Source: Eledone cirrhosa (lineage: Eukaryota). Taken from it: a stretch of 64,000 nucleotides of DNA. Shown in pieces: positions 24,401-37,300 of the stretch (the stretch's first letter is position 1; every line of letters begins with the position of its first letter). The DNA lies in assembly GCA_964016885.1 (NCBI GenBank), contig OZ024741.1, positions 209,312,001 through 209,376,000 on the forward strand, written 5' to 3'. Position numbers and translations under genes: made by a program. The notes under the pieces are model-generated. The model searched no databases and had not been told where the DNA came from. It saw only the letters and a program-made list of their open reading frames with translations.

Positions 24401-26977
24401 CTTAACCGCAACCTAACTTAACCCCAACTTAACTTAACCGCAACTTAACTTAACCCCAACCTAACTTAACCCCAACTTAACTTAACCGCAACTTAACTTA
24501 ACCGCAACCTAACTTAACCCCAACTTAACTTAACCGCAACTTAACTTAACCGCAACTTAGCTTAACCCCAACCCTTGGTGGGATCGATCTGTAATTACTG
24601 GTACATGTGCAGACACTCATTGGCTGTGTGTGGCCTGATTTTCAGAAAGATATCTCCGTAAAATAACGAGTGGTGGATGTGTAAAATAATGAATTACGCA
24701 CGAAAATGAGAAAATTTCGATTCTCGATCGTGGGCCGGCCGGATGTCGCATCGATTCGTAAATAGAAGGATAATGTGCGGACACTCCTTGGCTGTGTGCG
24801 GCATGATTTTCAGGACGATATTTCCGTAAAATCAAGAGTTGATAACCCCAACTTAACTTAACCCCAACTTAACTTAACCCCAACTTAACTTAACCGCAAC
24901 CTAACTTAACCCCAACTTAACTTAACCCCAACCTAACTTAACCCCAACTTAACTTAACCGCAACTTAACTTAACCGCAACCTAACTTAACCCCAACTTAA
25001 CTTAACCGCAACTTAACTTAACCGCAACTTAGCTTAACCCCAACCCTTGGTGGGATCGATCTGTAATTACTGGTACATGTGCAGACACTCATTGGCTGTG
25101 TGTGGCCTGATTTTCAGAAAGATATCTCCGTAAAATAACGAGTGGTGGCTGCGTAAAATAATGAATTACGCACGAAAATGAGAAAATTTCGATTCTCGAT
25201 CGTGGGCCGGCCGGATGTCGGATCGATTCGTAAATACAAGGATAATGTGCGGACACTCCTTGGCTGTGTGCGGCATGATTTTCAGGACGATATCTCCGTA
25301 AAATCAAGAGTTGATAACCCCAACTTAACTTAACCCCAACTTAACTTAACCGCAACTTAACTTAACCGCAACCTAACTTAACCCCAACTTAACTTAACCG
25401 CAACCTAACTTAACCCCAACTTAACTTAACCGCAACTTAACTTAACCCCAACCTAACTTAACCCCAACTTAACTTAACCGCAACTTAACTTAACCGCAAC
25501 CTAACTTAACCCCAACTTAACTTAACCGCAACTTAACTTAACCGCAACTTAGCTTAACCCCAACCCTTGGTGGGATCGATCTGTAATTACTGGTATATGT
25601 GCAGACACTCATTGGCTGTGTGTGGCCTGATTTTCAGAAAGATATCTCCGTAAAATAACGAGTGGTGGCTGCGTAAAATAATGAATTACGCACGAAAATG
25701 AGAAAATTTCGATTCTCGATCGTGGGCCGGCCGGATGTCGGATCGATTCGTAAATACAAGGATAATGTGCGGACACTCCTTGGCTGTGTGCGGCATGATT
25801 TTCAGGACGATATCTCCGTAAAATCAAGAGTTGATAACCCCAACTTAACTTAACCTCAACTTAACTTAACCGCAACTTAACTTAACCGCAACCTAACTTA
25901 ACCCCAACTTAACTTAACCGCAACCTAACTTAACCCCAACTTAACTTAACCGCAACTTAACTTAACCCCAACCTAACTTAACTCCAACTTAACTTAACCG
26001 CAACTTAACTTAACCGCAACCTAACTTAACCCCAACTTAATTTAACCGCAACTTAACTTAACCGCAACTTAGCTTAACCCCAACCCTTGGTGGGATCGAT
26101 CTGTAATTACTGGTACATGTGCAGACACTCATTGGCTGTGTGTGGCTTGATTTTCAGAAAGATATCTCCGTAAAATAACGAGTGGTCGCTGCGTAAAATA
26201 ATGAATTACGCACGAAAATGAGAAAATTTCGATTCTCGATCGTCGGCCGGCCGGATGTCGGATCGATTCGTAAATACAAGGATAATGTGCGGACACTCCT
26301 TGGCTATGTGCGGCATGATTTTCAGGACGATATCTCCGTAAAATCAAGAGTTGATAACCCCAACTTAACTTAACCCCAACTGAACTTAACCGCAACTTAA
26401 CTCAACCCCAACTTAACTTAACCGCAACCTAACTTAACCCCAACTTAACTTAACCGCAACTTAACTTAACCCCAACCTAACTTAACCCCAACTTAACTTA
26501 ACCGCAACTTAACTTAACCGCAACCTAACTTAACCCCAACTTAACTTAACCGCAACTTAACTTAACCGCAACTTAGCTTAACCCCAACCCTTGGTGGGAT
26601 CGATCTGTAATTACTGGTCCATGTGCAGACAATCATTGGCTGTGTGTGGCCTGATTTTCAGAAAGATATCTCCGTAAAATAACGAGTGGTGGCTGCGTAA
26701 AATAATGAATTACGCACGAAAATGAGAAAATTTCGATTCTCGATCGTGGGCCGGCCGGATGTCGGATCGATTCGTAAATACAAGGATAATGTGCGGACAC
26801 TCCTTGGCTGTGTGCGGCATGATTTTCAGGACGATATCTCCGTAAAATCAAGAGTTGATATCCCCAACTTAACTTAACCCCAACTTAACTTAACCGCAAC
26901 TTAACTTAACCGCAACCTAACTTAACCCCAACTTAACTTAACCGCAACTTAACTTAACCGCAACTTAGCTTAACCCC

Positions 26978-29900
26978 AACCCTTGGTGGGATCGATCTGT
27001 AATTACTGGTACATGTGCAGACACTCATTGGCTGTGTGTGGCCTGATTTTCAGATAGATATCTCCGTAAAATAACGAGTGGTGGCTGCGTAAAATAATGA
27101 ATTACGCACGAAAATGAGAAAATTTCGATTCTCGATCGTGGGCCGGCCGGATGTCGGATCGATTCGTAAATACAAGGATAATGTGCGGACACTCCTTGGC
27201 TGTGTGCGGCATGATTTTCAGGACGATATCTCCGTAAAATCAAGAGTTGATAACCCCAACTTAACTTAACCCCAACTTAACTTAACCGCAACTTAACTTA
27301 ACCGCAACTTAACTTAACCGCAACCTAACTTAACCCCAACTTAACTTAACCGCAACCTAACTTAACCCCAACTTAACTTAACCCCAACCTAACTTAACCC
27401 CAACTTAACTTAACCGCAACTTAACTTAACCGCAACCTAACTTAACCCCAACTTAACTTAACCGCAACTTAACTTAACCGCAACTTAGCTTAACCCCAAC
27501 CCTTAGTGGGATCGATCTGTAATTACTGGTACATGTGCAGACACTCATTGGCTGTGTGTGGCCTGATTTTCAGAAAGATATCTCCGTAAAATAACGAGTG
27601 GTGGCTGCGTAAAATAATGAATTACGCACGAAAATGAGAAAATTTCGATTCTCGATCGTGGGCCGGCTGGTTGTCGGATCGATTCGTATTCGTAAATACA
27701 AGGATAATGTGCGGACACTCCTTGCCTGTGTGCCGCATGATTTTCAGGACGATATCTCCGTAAAATCAAGAGTTGATAACCCCAACTTAACTTAACCCCA
27801 ACTTAACTTAACCCCAACTTAAATTAACCCCAACTTAACTTAACCGCAACTTAACTTAACAGCAACCTAACTTAACCCCAACTTAACTTAACCGCAACCT
27901 AACTTAACCACAACTTAACTTAACCGCAACTTAACTTAACCGCAACCTAACTTAACCCCAACTTAACTTAACCGCAACCTAACTTAACCCCAACTTAGCT
28001 TAACCGCAACTTAACTTAACCCCAACCTAACTTAACCCCAACTTAACTTAACCGCAACTTAACTTAACCGCAACCTAACTTAACCCCAACTTAACTTAAC
28101 CGCAACTTAACTTAACCGCAACTTAGCTTAACCCCAACCCTTGGTGGGATCGATCTGTAATTACTGGTACATGTGCAGACACTCATTGGCTGTGTGTGGC
28201 CTGATTTTCAGAAAGATATCTCCGTAAAATAACGAGTGGTGGCTGCGTAAAATAATGAATTACGCACGAAAATGAGAAAATTTCGATTCTCGATCGTGGG
28301 CCGGCCGGATGTCGGATCGATTCGTAAATACAAGGATAATGTGCGGACACTCCTTGGCTGTGTGCGGCATGATTTTCAGGACGATATCTCCGTAAAATCA
28401 AGAGTTGATAACCCCAACTTAACTTAACCCCAACTTAACTTAACCGCAACTTAACTTAACCGCAACCTAACTTAACCCCAACTTAACTTAACCGCAACCT
28501 AACTTAACCCCAACTTAACTTAACCGCAACTTAACTTAACCCCAACCTAACTTAACCCCAACTTAACTTAACCGCAACTTAACTTAACCGCAACCTAACT
28601 TAACCCTAACTTAACTTAACCGCAACTTAACTTAACCGCAACTTAGCTTAACCCCAACCCTTGGTGGGATCGATCTGTAATTACTGGTACATGTGCAGAC
28701 ACTCATTGGCTGTGTGTGGCCTGATTTTCAGAAAGATATCTCCGTAAAATAACGAGTGGTGGCTGCGTAAATTAATGAATTACGCACGAAAATGAGAAAA
28801 TTTCGATTCTCGATCGTGGGCCGGCCGGATGTCGGATCGATTCGTAAATACAAGGATAATGTGCGGACACTCCTTGCCTGTGTGCCGCATGATTTTCAGG
28901 ACGATATCTCCGTAAAATCAAGAGTTGATAACCCCAACTTAACTTAACCCCAACTTAACTTAACCGCAACTTAACTTAACCGCAACCTAACTTAACCCCA
29001 ACTTAACTTAACCGCAACCTAACTTAACCCCAACTTAACTTAACCGCAACTTAACTTAACCCCAACCTAACTTAACCCCAACTTAACTTAACCGCAACTT
29101 AACTTAACCGCAACCTAACTTAACCCCAACTTAACTTAACCGCAACTTAACTTAACCGCAACTTAGCTTAACCCCAACCCTTGGTGGGATCGATCTGTAA
29201 TTACTGGTACATGTGCAGACACTCATTGGCTGTGTGTGGCCTGATTTTCAGATAGATATCTCCGTAAAATAACGAGTGGTGGCTGCGTAAAATAATGAAT
29301 TACGCACGAAAATGAGAAAATTTCGATTCTCGATCGTGGGCCGGCCGGATGTCGGATCGATTCGTAAATACAAGGATAATGTGCGGACACTCCTTGGCTG
29401 TGTGCGGCATGATTTTCAGGACGATATCTCCGTAAAATCAAGAGTTGATAACCCCAACTTAACTTAACCCCAACTTAACTTAACCGCAACTTAACTTAAC
29501 CGCAACTTAACTTAACCGCAACCTAACTTAACCCCAACTTAACTTAACCGCAACCTAACTTAACCCCAACTTAACTTAACCCCAACCTAACTTAACCCCA
29601 ACTTAACTTAACCGCAACTTAACTTAACCGCAACCTAACTTAACCCCAACTTAACTTAACCGCAACTTAACTTAACCGCAACTTAGCTTAACCCCAACCC
29701 TTAGTGGGATCGATCTGTAATTACTGGTACATGTGCAGACACTCATTGGCTGTGTGTGGCCTGATTTTCAGAAAGATATCTCCGTAAAATAACGAGTGGT
29801 GGCTGCGTAAAATAATGAATTACGCACGAAAATGAGAAAATTTCGATTCTCGATCGTGGGCCGGCTGGTTGTCGGATCGATTCGTATTCGTAAATACAAG

Positions 29901-31373
29901 GATAATGTGCGGACACTCCTTGCCTGTGTGCCGCATGATTTTCAGGACGATATCTCCGTAAAATCAAGAGTTGATAACCCCAACTTAACTTAACCCCAAC
30001 TTAACTTAACCCCAACTTAACTTAACCCCAACTTAACTTAACCGCAACTTAACTTAACAGCAACCTAACTTAACCCCAACTTAACTTAACCGCAACCTAA
30101 CTTAACCACAACTTAACTTAACCGCAACTTAACTTAACCGCAACCTAACTTAACCCCAACTTAACTTAACCGCAACCTAACTTAACCCCAACTTAGCTTA
30201 ACCGCAACTTAACTTAACCCCAACCTAACTTAACCCCAACTTAACTTAACCGCAACTTAACTTAACCGCAACCTAACTTAACCCCAACTTAACTTAACCG
30301 CAACTTAACTTAACCGCAACTTAGCTTAACCCCAACCCTTGGTGGGATCGATCTGTAATTACTGGTACATGTGCAGACACTCATTGGCTGTGTGTGGCCT
30401 GATTTTCAGAAAGATATCTCCGTAAAATAACGAGTGGTGGCTGCGTAAAATAATGAATTACGCACGAAAATGAGAAAATTTCGATTCTCGATCGTGGGCC
30501 GGCCGGATGTCGGATCGATTCGTAAATACAAGGATAATGTGCGGACACTCCTTGGCTGTGTGCGGCATGATTTTCAGGACGATATCTCCGTAAAATCAAG
30601 AGTTGATAACCCCAACTTAACTTAACCCCAACTTAACTTAACCGCAACTTAACTTAACCGCAACCTAACTTAACCCCAACTTAACTTAACCGCAACCTAA
30701 CTTAACCCCAACTTAACTTAACCGCAACTTAACTTAACCCCAACCTAACTTAACCCCAACTTAACTTAACCGCAACTTAACTTAACCGCAACCTAACTTA
30801 ACCCTAACTTAACTTAACCGCAACTTAACTTAACCGCAACTTAGCTTAACCCCAACCCTTGGTGGGATCGATCTGTAATTACTGGTACATGTGCAGACAC
30901 TCATTGGCTGTGTGTGGCCTGATTTTCAGAAAGATATCTCCGTAAAATAACGAGTGGTGGCTGCGTAAATTAATGAATTACGCACGAAAATGAGAAAATT
31001 TCGATTCTCGATCGTGGGCCGGCCGGATGTCGGATCGATTCGTAAATACAAGGATAATGTGCGGACACTCCTTGCCTGTGTGCCGCATGATTTTCAGGAC
31101 GATATCTCCGTAAAATCAAGAGTTGATAACCCCAACTTAACTTAACCCCAACTTAACTTAACCGCAACTTAACTTAACCGCAACCTAACTTAACCCCAAC
31201 TTAACTTAACCGCAACCTAACTTAACCCCAACTTAACTTAACCGCAACTTAACTTAACCCCAACCTAACTTAACCCCAACTTAACTTAACCGCAACTTAA
31301 CTTAACCGCAACCTAACTTAACCCCAACTTAACTTAACCGCAACTTAACTTAACCGCAACTTAGCTTAACCCC
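26978..31373 (+). repeat. Tandem duplication of a 4-monomer, 2198 bp higher-order unit
   Basis: ORFs 27025, 27545, 28183 repeat at 29223, 29743, 30381. Both copies include the 22-unit tract with AACAGC and the GCGTAAATTAATG variant. Confidence 0.9.
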
Positions 31374-34300
31374 AACCCTTGGTGGGATCGATCTGTAATT
31401 ACTGGTACATGTGCAGACACTCATTGGCTGTGTGTGGCCTGATTTTCAGATAGATATCTCCGTAAAATAACGAGTGGTGGCTGCGTAAAATAATGAATTA
31501 CGCACGAAAATGAGAAAATTTCGATTCTCGATCGTGGGCCGGCCGGATGTCGGATCGATTCGTAAATACAAGGATAATGTGCGGACACTCCTTGGCTGTG
31601 TGCGGCATGATTTTCAGGACGATATCTCCGTAAAATCAAGAGTTGATAACCCCAACTTAACTTAACCCCAACTTAACTTAACCGCAACTTAACTTAACCG
31701 CAACCTAACTTAACCCCATCTTAACTTAACCGCAACCTAACTTAACCCCAACTTAACTTAACCGCAACTTAACTTAACCCCAACCTAACTTAACCCCAAC
31801 TTAACTTAACCGCAACTTAACTTAACCGCAACCTAACTTAACCCCAACTTAACTTAACCGCAACTTAACTTAACCGCAACTTAGCTTAACCCCAACCCTT
31901 GGTGGGATCGATCTGTAATTACTGGTACATGTGCAGACACTCATTGGCTGTGTGTGGCCTGATTTTCAGAAAGATATCTCCGTAAAATAACGAGTGGTGG
32001 CTGCGTAAAATAATGAATTACGCACGAAAATGAGAAAATTTCTATTCTCGATCGTGGGCCGGCCGGATGTCGGATCGATTCGTAAATACAAGGATAATGT
32101 GCGGACACTCCTTGCCTGTGTGCCGCATGATTTTCAGGACGATATCTCCGTAAAATCAAGAGTTGATAACCCCAACTTAACTTAACCCCAACTTAACTTA
32201 ACCGCAACTTAACTTAACCGCAACCTAACTTAACCCCAACTTAACTTAACCGCAACCTAACTTAACCCCAACTTAACTTAACCGCAACTTAACTTAACCC
32301 CAACCTAACTTAACCCCAACTTAACTTAACCGCAACTTAACTTAACCGCAACCTAACTTAACCCCAACTTAACTTAACCGCAACTTAACTTAACCGCAAC
32401 TTAGCTTAACCCCAACCCTTGGTGGGATCGATCTGTAATTACTGGTACATGTGCAGACACTCATTGGCTGTGTGTGGCCTGATTTTCAGAAAGATATCTC
32501 CGTAAAATAACGAGTGGTGGCTGCGTAAAATAATGAATTACGCACGAAAATGAGAAAATTTCGATTCTCGATCGTGGGCCGGCCGGATGTCGGATCGATT
32601 CGTAAATACAAGGATAATGTGCGGACACTCCTTGGCTGTGTGCGGCATGATTTTCAGGACGATATCTCCGTAAAATCAAGAGTTGATAACCCCAACTTAA
32701 CTTAACCCCAACTTAACTTAACCGCAACTTAACTTAACCGCAACCTAACTTAACCCCAACTTAACTTAACCGCAACCTAACTTAACCCCAACTTAACTTA
32801 ACCGCAACTTAACTTAACCGCAACCTAACTTAACCCCAACTTAACTTAACCGCAACTTAACTTAACCGCAACTTAGCTTAACCCCAACTTAACTTAACCG
32901 CAACTTAACTTAACCGCAACTTAGCTTAACCCCAACCCTTAGTGGGATCGATCTGTAATTACTGGTACATGTGCAGACACTCATTGGCTGTGTGTGGCCT
33001 GATTTTCAGAAAGATATCTCCGTAAAATAACGAGTGGTGGCTGCGTAAAATAATGAATTACGCACGAAAATGAGAAAATTTCGATTCTCGATCGTGGGCC
33101 GGCTGGTTGTCGGATCGATTCGTATTCGTAAATACAAGGATAATGTGCGGACACTCCTTGCCTGTGTGCCGCATGATTTTCAGGACGATATCTCCGTAAA
33201 ATCAAGAGTTGATAACCCCAACTTAACTTAACCCCAACTTAACTTAACCCCAACTTAACTTAACCCCAACTTAACTTAACCGCAACTTAACTTAACCGCA
33301 ACCTAACTTAACCCCAACTTAACTTAACCGCAACCTAACTTAACCACAACTTAACTTAACCGCAACTTAACTTAACCCCAACCTAACTTAACCCCAACTT
33401 AACTTAACCGCAACTTAACTTAACCGCAACCTAACTTAACCCCAACTTAACTTAACCGCAACTTAGCTTAACCCCAACCCTTGGTGGGATCGATCTGTAA
33501 TTACTGGTACATGTGCAGACACTCATTGGCTGTGTGTGGCCTGATTTTCAGAAAGATATCTCCGTAAAATAACGAGTGGTGGCTGCGTAAAATAATGAAT
33601 TACGCACGAAAATGAGAAAATTTCGATTCTCGATCGTGGGCCGGCCGGATGTCGGATCGATTCGTAAATACAAGGATAATGTGCGGACACTCCTTGCCTG
33701 TGTGCCGCATGATTTTCAGGACGATATCTCCGTAAAATCAAGAGTTGATAACCCCAACTTAACTTAACCCCAACTTAACTAAACCGCAACTTAACTTAAC
33801 CGCAACCTAACTTAACCCCAACTTAACTTAACCGCAACCTAACTTAACCGCAACTTAACTTAACCGCAACTTAACTTAACCCCAACCTAACTTAACCCCA
33901 ACTTAACTTAACCGCAACTTAACTTAACCGCAACCTAACTTAACCCCAACTTAACTTAACCGCAACTTAACTTAACCGCAACTTAGCTTAACCCCAACCC
34001 TTGGTGGGATCGATCTGTAATTACTGGTACATGTGCAGACACTCATTGGCTGTGTGTGGCCTGATTTTCAGATAGATATCTCCGTAAAATAACGAGTGGT
34101 GGCTGCGTAAAATAATGAATTACGCACGAAAATGAGAAAATTTCGATTCTCGATCGTGGGCCGGCCGGATGTCGGATCGATTCGTAAATACAAGGATAAT
34201 GTGCGGACACTCCTTGGCTGTGTGCGGCATGATTTTCAGGACGATATCTCCGTAAAATCAAGAGTTGATAACCCCAACTTAACTTAACCCCAACTTAACT

Positions 34301-37300
34301 TAACCGCAACTTAACTTAACCGCAACTTAACTTAACCGCAACCTAACTTAACCCCAACTTAACTTAACCGCAACCTAACTTAACCCCAACTTAACTTAAC
34401 CCCAACCTAACTTAACCCCAACTTAACTTAACCGCAACTTAACTTAACCGCAACCTAACTTAACCCAAACTTAACTTAACCGCAACTTAACTTAACCGCA
34501 ACTTAGCTTAACCCCAACCCTTAGTGGGATCGATCTGTAATTACTGGTACATGTGCAGACACTCATTGGCTGTGTGTGGCCTGATTTTCAGAAAGATATC
34601 TCCGTAAAATAACGAGTGGTGGCTGCGTAAAATAATGAATTACGCACGAAAATGAGAAAATTTCGATTCTCGATCGTGGGCCGGCTGGTTGTCCGATCGA
34701 TTCGTAAATACAAGGATAATGTGCGGACACTCCTTGCCTGTGTGCCGCATGATTTTCAGGACGATATCTCCGTAAAATCAAGAGTTGATAACCCCAACTT
34801 AACTTAACCCCAACTTAACTTAACCCCAACTTAACTTAACCCCAACTTAACTTAACCGCAACTTAACTTAACCGCAACCTAACTTAACCCCAAATTAACT
34901 TAACCGCAACCTAACTTAACCACAACTTAACTTAACCGCAACTTAACTTAACCGCAACCTAACTTAACCCCAACTTAACTTAACCGCAACCTAACTTAAC
35001 CCCAACTTAGCTTAACCGCAACTTAACTTAACCCCAACCTAACTTAACCCCAACTTAACTTAACCGCAACTTAACTTAACCGCAACCTAACTTAACCCTA
35101 ACTTAACTTAACCGCAACTTAACTTAACCGCAACTTAGCTTAACCCCAACCCTTGGTGGGATCTATCTGTAATTACTGGTACATGTGCAGACACTCATTG
35201 GCTGTGTGTGGCCTGATTTTAAGAAAGATATCTCCGTAAAATAACGAGTGGTGGCTGCGTAAAATAATGAATTACGCACGAAAATGAGAAAATTTCGATT
35301 CTCGATCGTGGGCCGGCCGGATGTCGGATCGATTCGTAAATACAAGGATAATGTGCGGACACTCCTTGCCTGTGTGCCGCATGATTTTCAGGACGATATC
35401 TCCGTAAAATCAAGAGTTGATAACCCCAACTTAACTTAACCCCAACTTAACTTAACCGCAACTTAACTTAACCGCAACCTAACTTAACCCCAACTTAACT
35501 TAACCCCAACCTAACTTAACCCCAACTTAACTTAACCGCAACTTAACTTAACCGCAACCTAACTTAACCCCAACTTAACTTAACCGCAACTTAACTTAAC
35601 CGCAACTTAGCTTAACCCCAACCCTTGGTGGGATCGATCTGTAATTACTGGTACATGTGCAGACACTCATTGGCTGTGTGTGGTGGCCTGATTTTCAGAA
35701 AGATATCTCCGTAAAATAACGAGTGGTGGCTGCGTAAAATAATGAATTACGCACGAAAATGAGAAAATTTCGATTCTCGATCGTGGGCCGGCCGGATGTC
35801 GGATCGATTCGTTAATACAAGGATAATGTGCGGACACTCCTTGCCTGTGTGCCGCATGATTTTCAGGACGATATCTCCGTAAAATCAAGAGTTGATAACC
35901 CCAACTTAACTTAACCCCAACTTAACTTAACCGCAACTTAACTTAACCGCAACCTAACTTAACCCCAACTTAACTTAACCGCAACCTAACTTAACCCCAA
36001 CTTAACTTAACCGCAACTTAACTTAACCCCAACCTAACTTAACCCCAACTTAACTTAACCGCAACTTAACTTAACCGCAACCTAACTTAACCCCAGCTTA
36101 ACTTAACCGCAACTTAACTTAACCGCAACTTAGCTTAACCCCAACCCTTGGTGGGATCGATCTGTAATTACTGGTACATGTGCAGACACTCATTGGCTGT
36201 GTGTGGCCTGATTTTCAGAAAGATATCTCCGTAAAATAACGAGTGGTGGCTGCGTAAAATAATGAATTACGCACGAAAATGAGAAAATTTCGATTCTCGA
36301 TCGTGGGCCGGCCGGATGTCGCATCGATTCGTAAATAGAAGGATAATGTGCGGACACTCCTTGGCTGTGTGCGGCATGATTTTCAGGACGATATTTCCGT
36401 AAAATCAAGAGTTGATAACCCCAACTTAACTTAACCCCAACTTAACTTAACCCCAACTTAACTTAACCCCAACTTAACTTAACCGCAACTTAACTTAACC
36501 GCAACCTAACTTAACCCCAACTTAACTTAACCGCAACCTAACTTAACCACAAATTAACTTAACCGCAACTTAAATTAACCCCAACCTAACTTAACCCCAA
36601 CTTAACTTAACCGCAACTTAACTTAACCGCAACCTAACTTAACCCCAACTTAACTTAACCGCAACTTAACTTAACCGCAACTTAGCTTAACCCCAACCCT
36701 TGGTGGGATCGATCTGTAATTACTGGTACATGTGCAGACACTCATTGGCTGTGTGTGGCCTGATTTTCAGAAAGATATCTCCGTAAAATAACGAGTGGTG
36801 GCTGCGTAAAATAATGAATTACACACGAAAATGAGAAAATTTCGATTCTCGATCGTGGGCCGGCCGGATGTCGGATCGATTCGTAAATACAAGGATAATG
36901 TGCGGACACTCCTTGGCTGTGTGCGGCATGATTTTCAGGACGATACCTCCGTAAAATCAAGAGTTGATAACCCCAACTTAACTTAACCCCAACTTAACTT
37001 AACCGCAACTTAACTTAACCGCAACCTAACTTAACCCCAACTTAACTTAACCGCAACCTAACTTAACCCCAACTTAGCTTAACCGCAACTTAACTTAACC
37101 CCAACCTAACTTAACCCCAACTTAACTTAACCGCAACTTAACTTAACCGCAACCTAACTTAACCCCAACTTAACTTAACCGCAACTTAACTTAACCGCAA
37201 CTTAGCTTAACCCCAACCCTTGGTGGGATCGATCTGTAATTACTGGTACATGTGCAGACACTCATTGGCTGTGTGTGGCCTGATTTTCAGAAAGATATCT

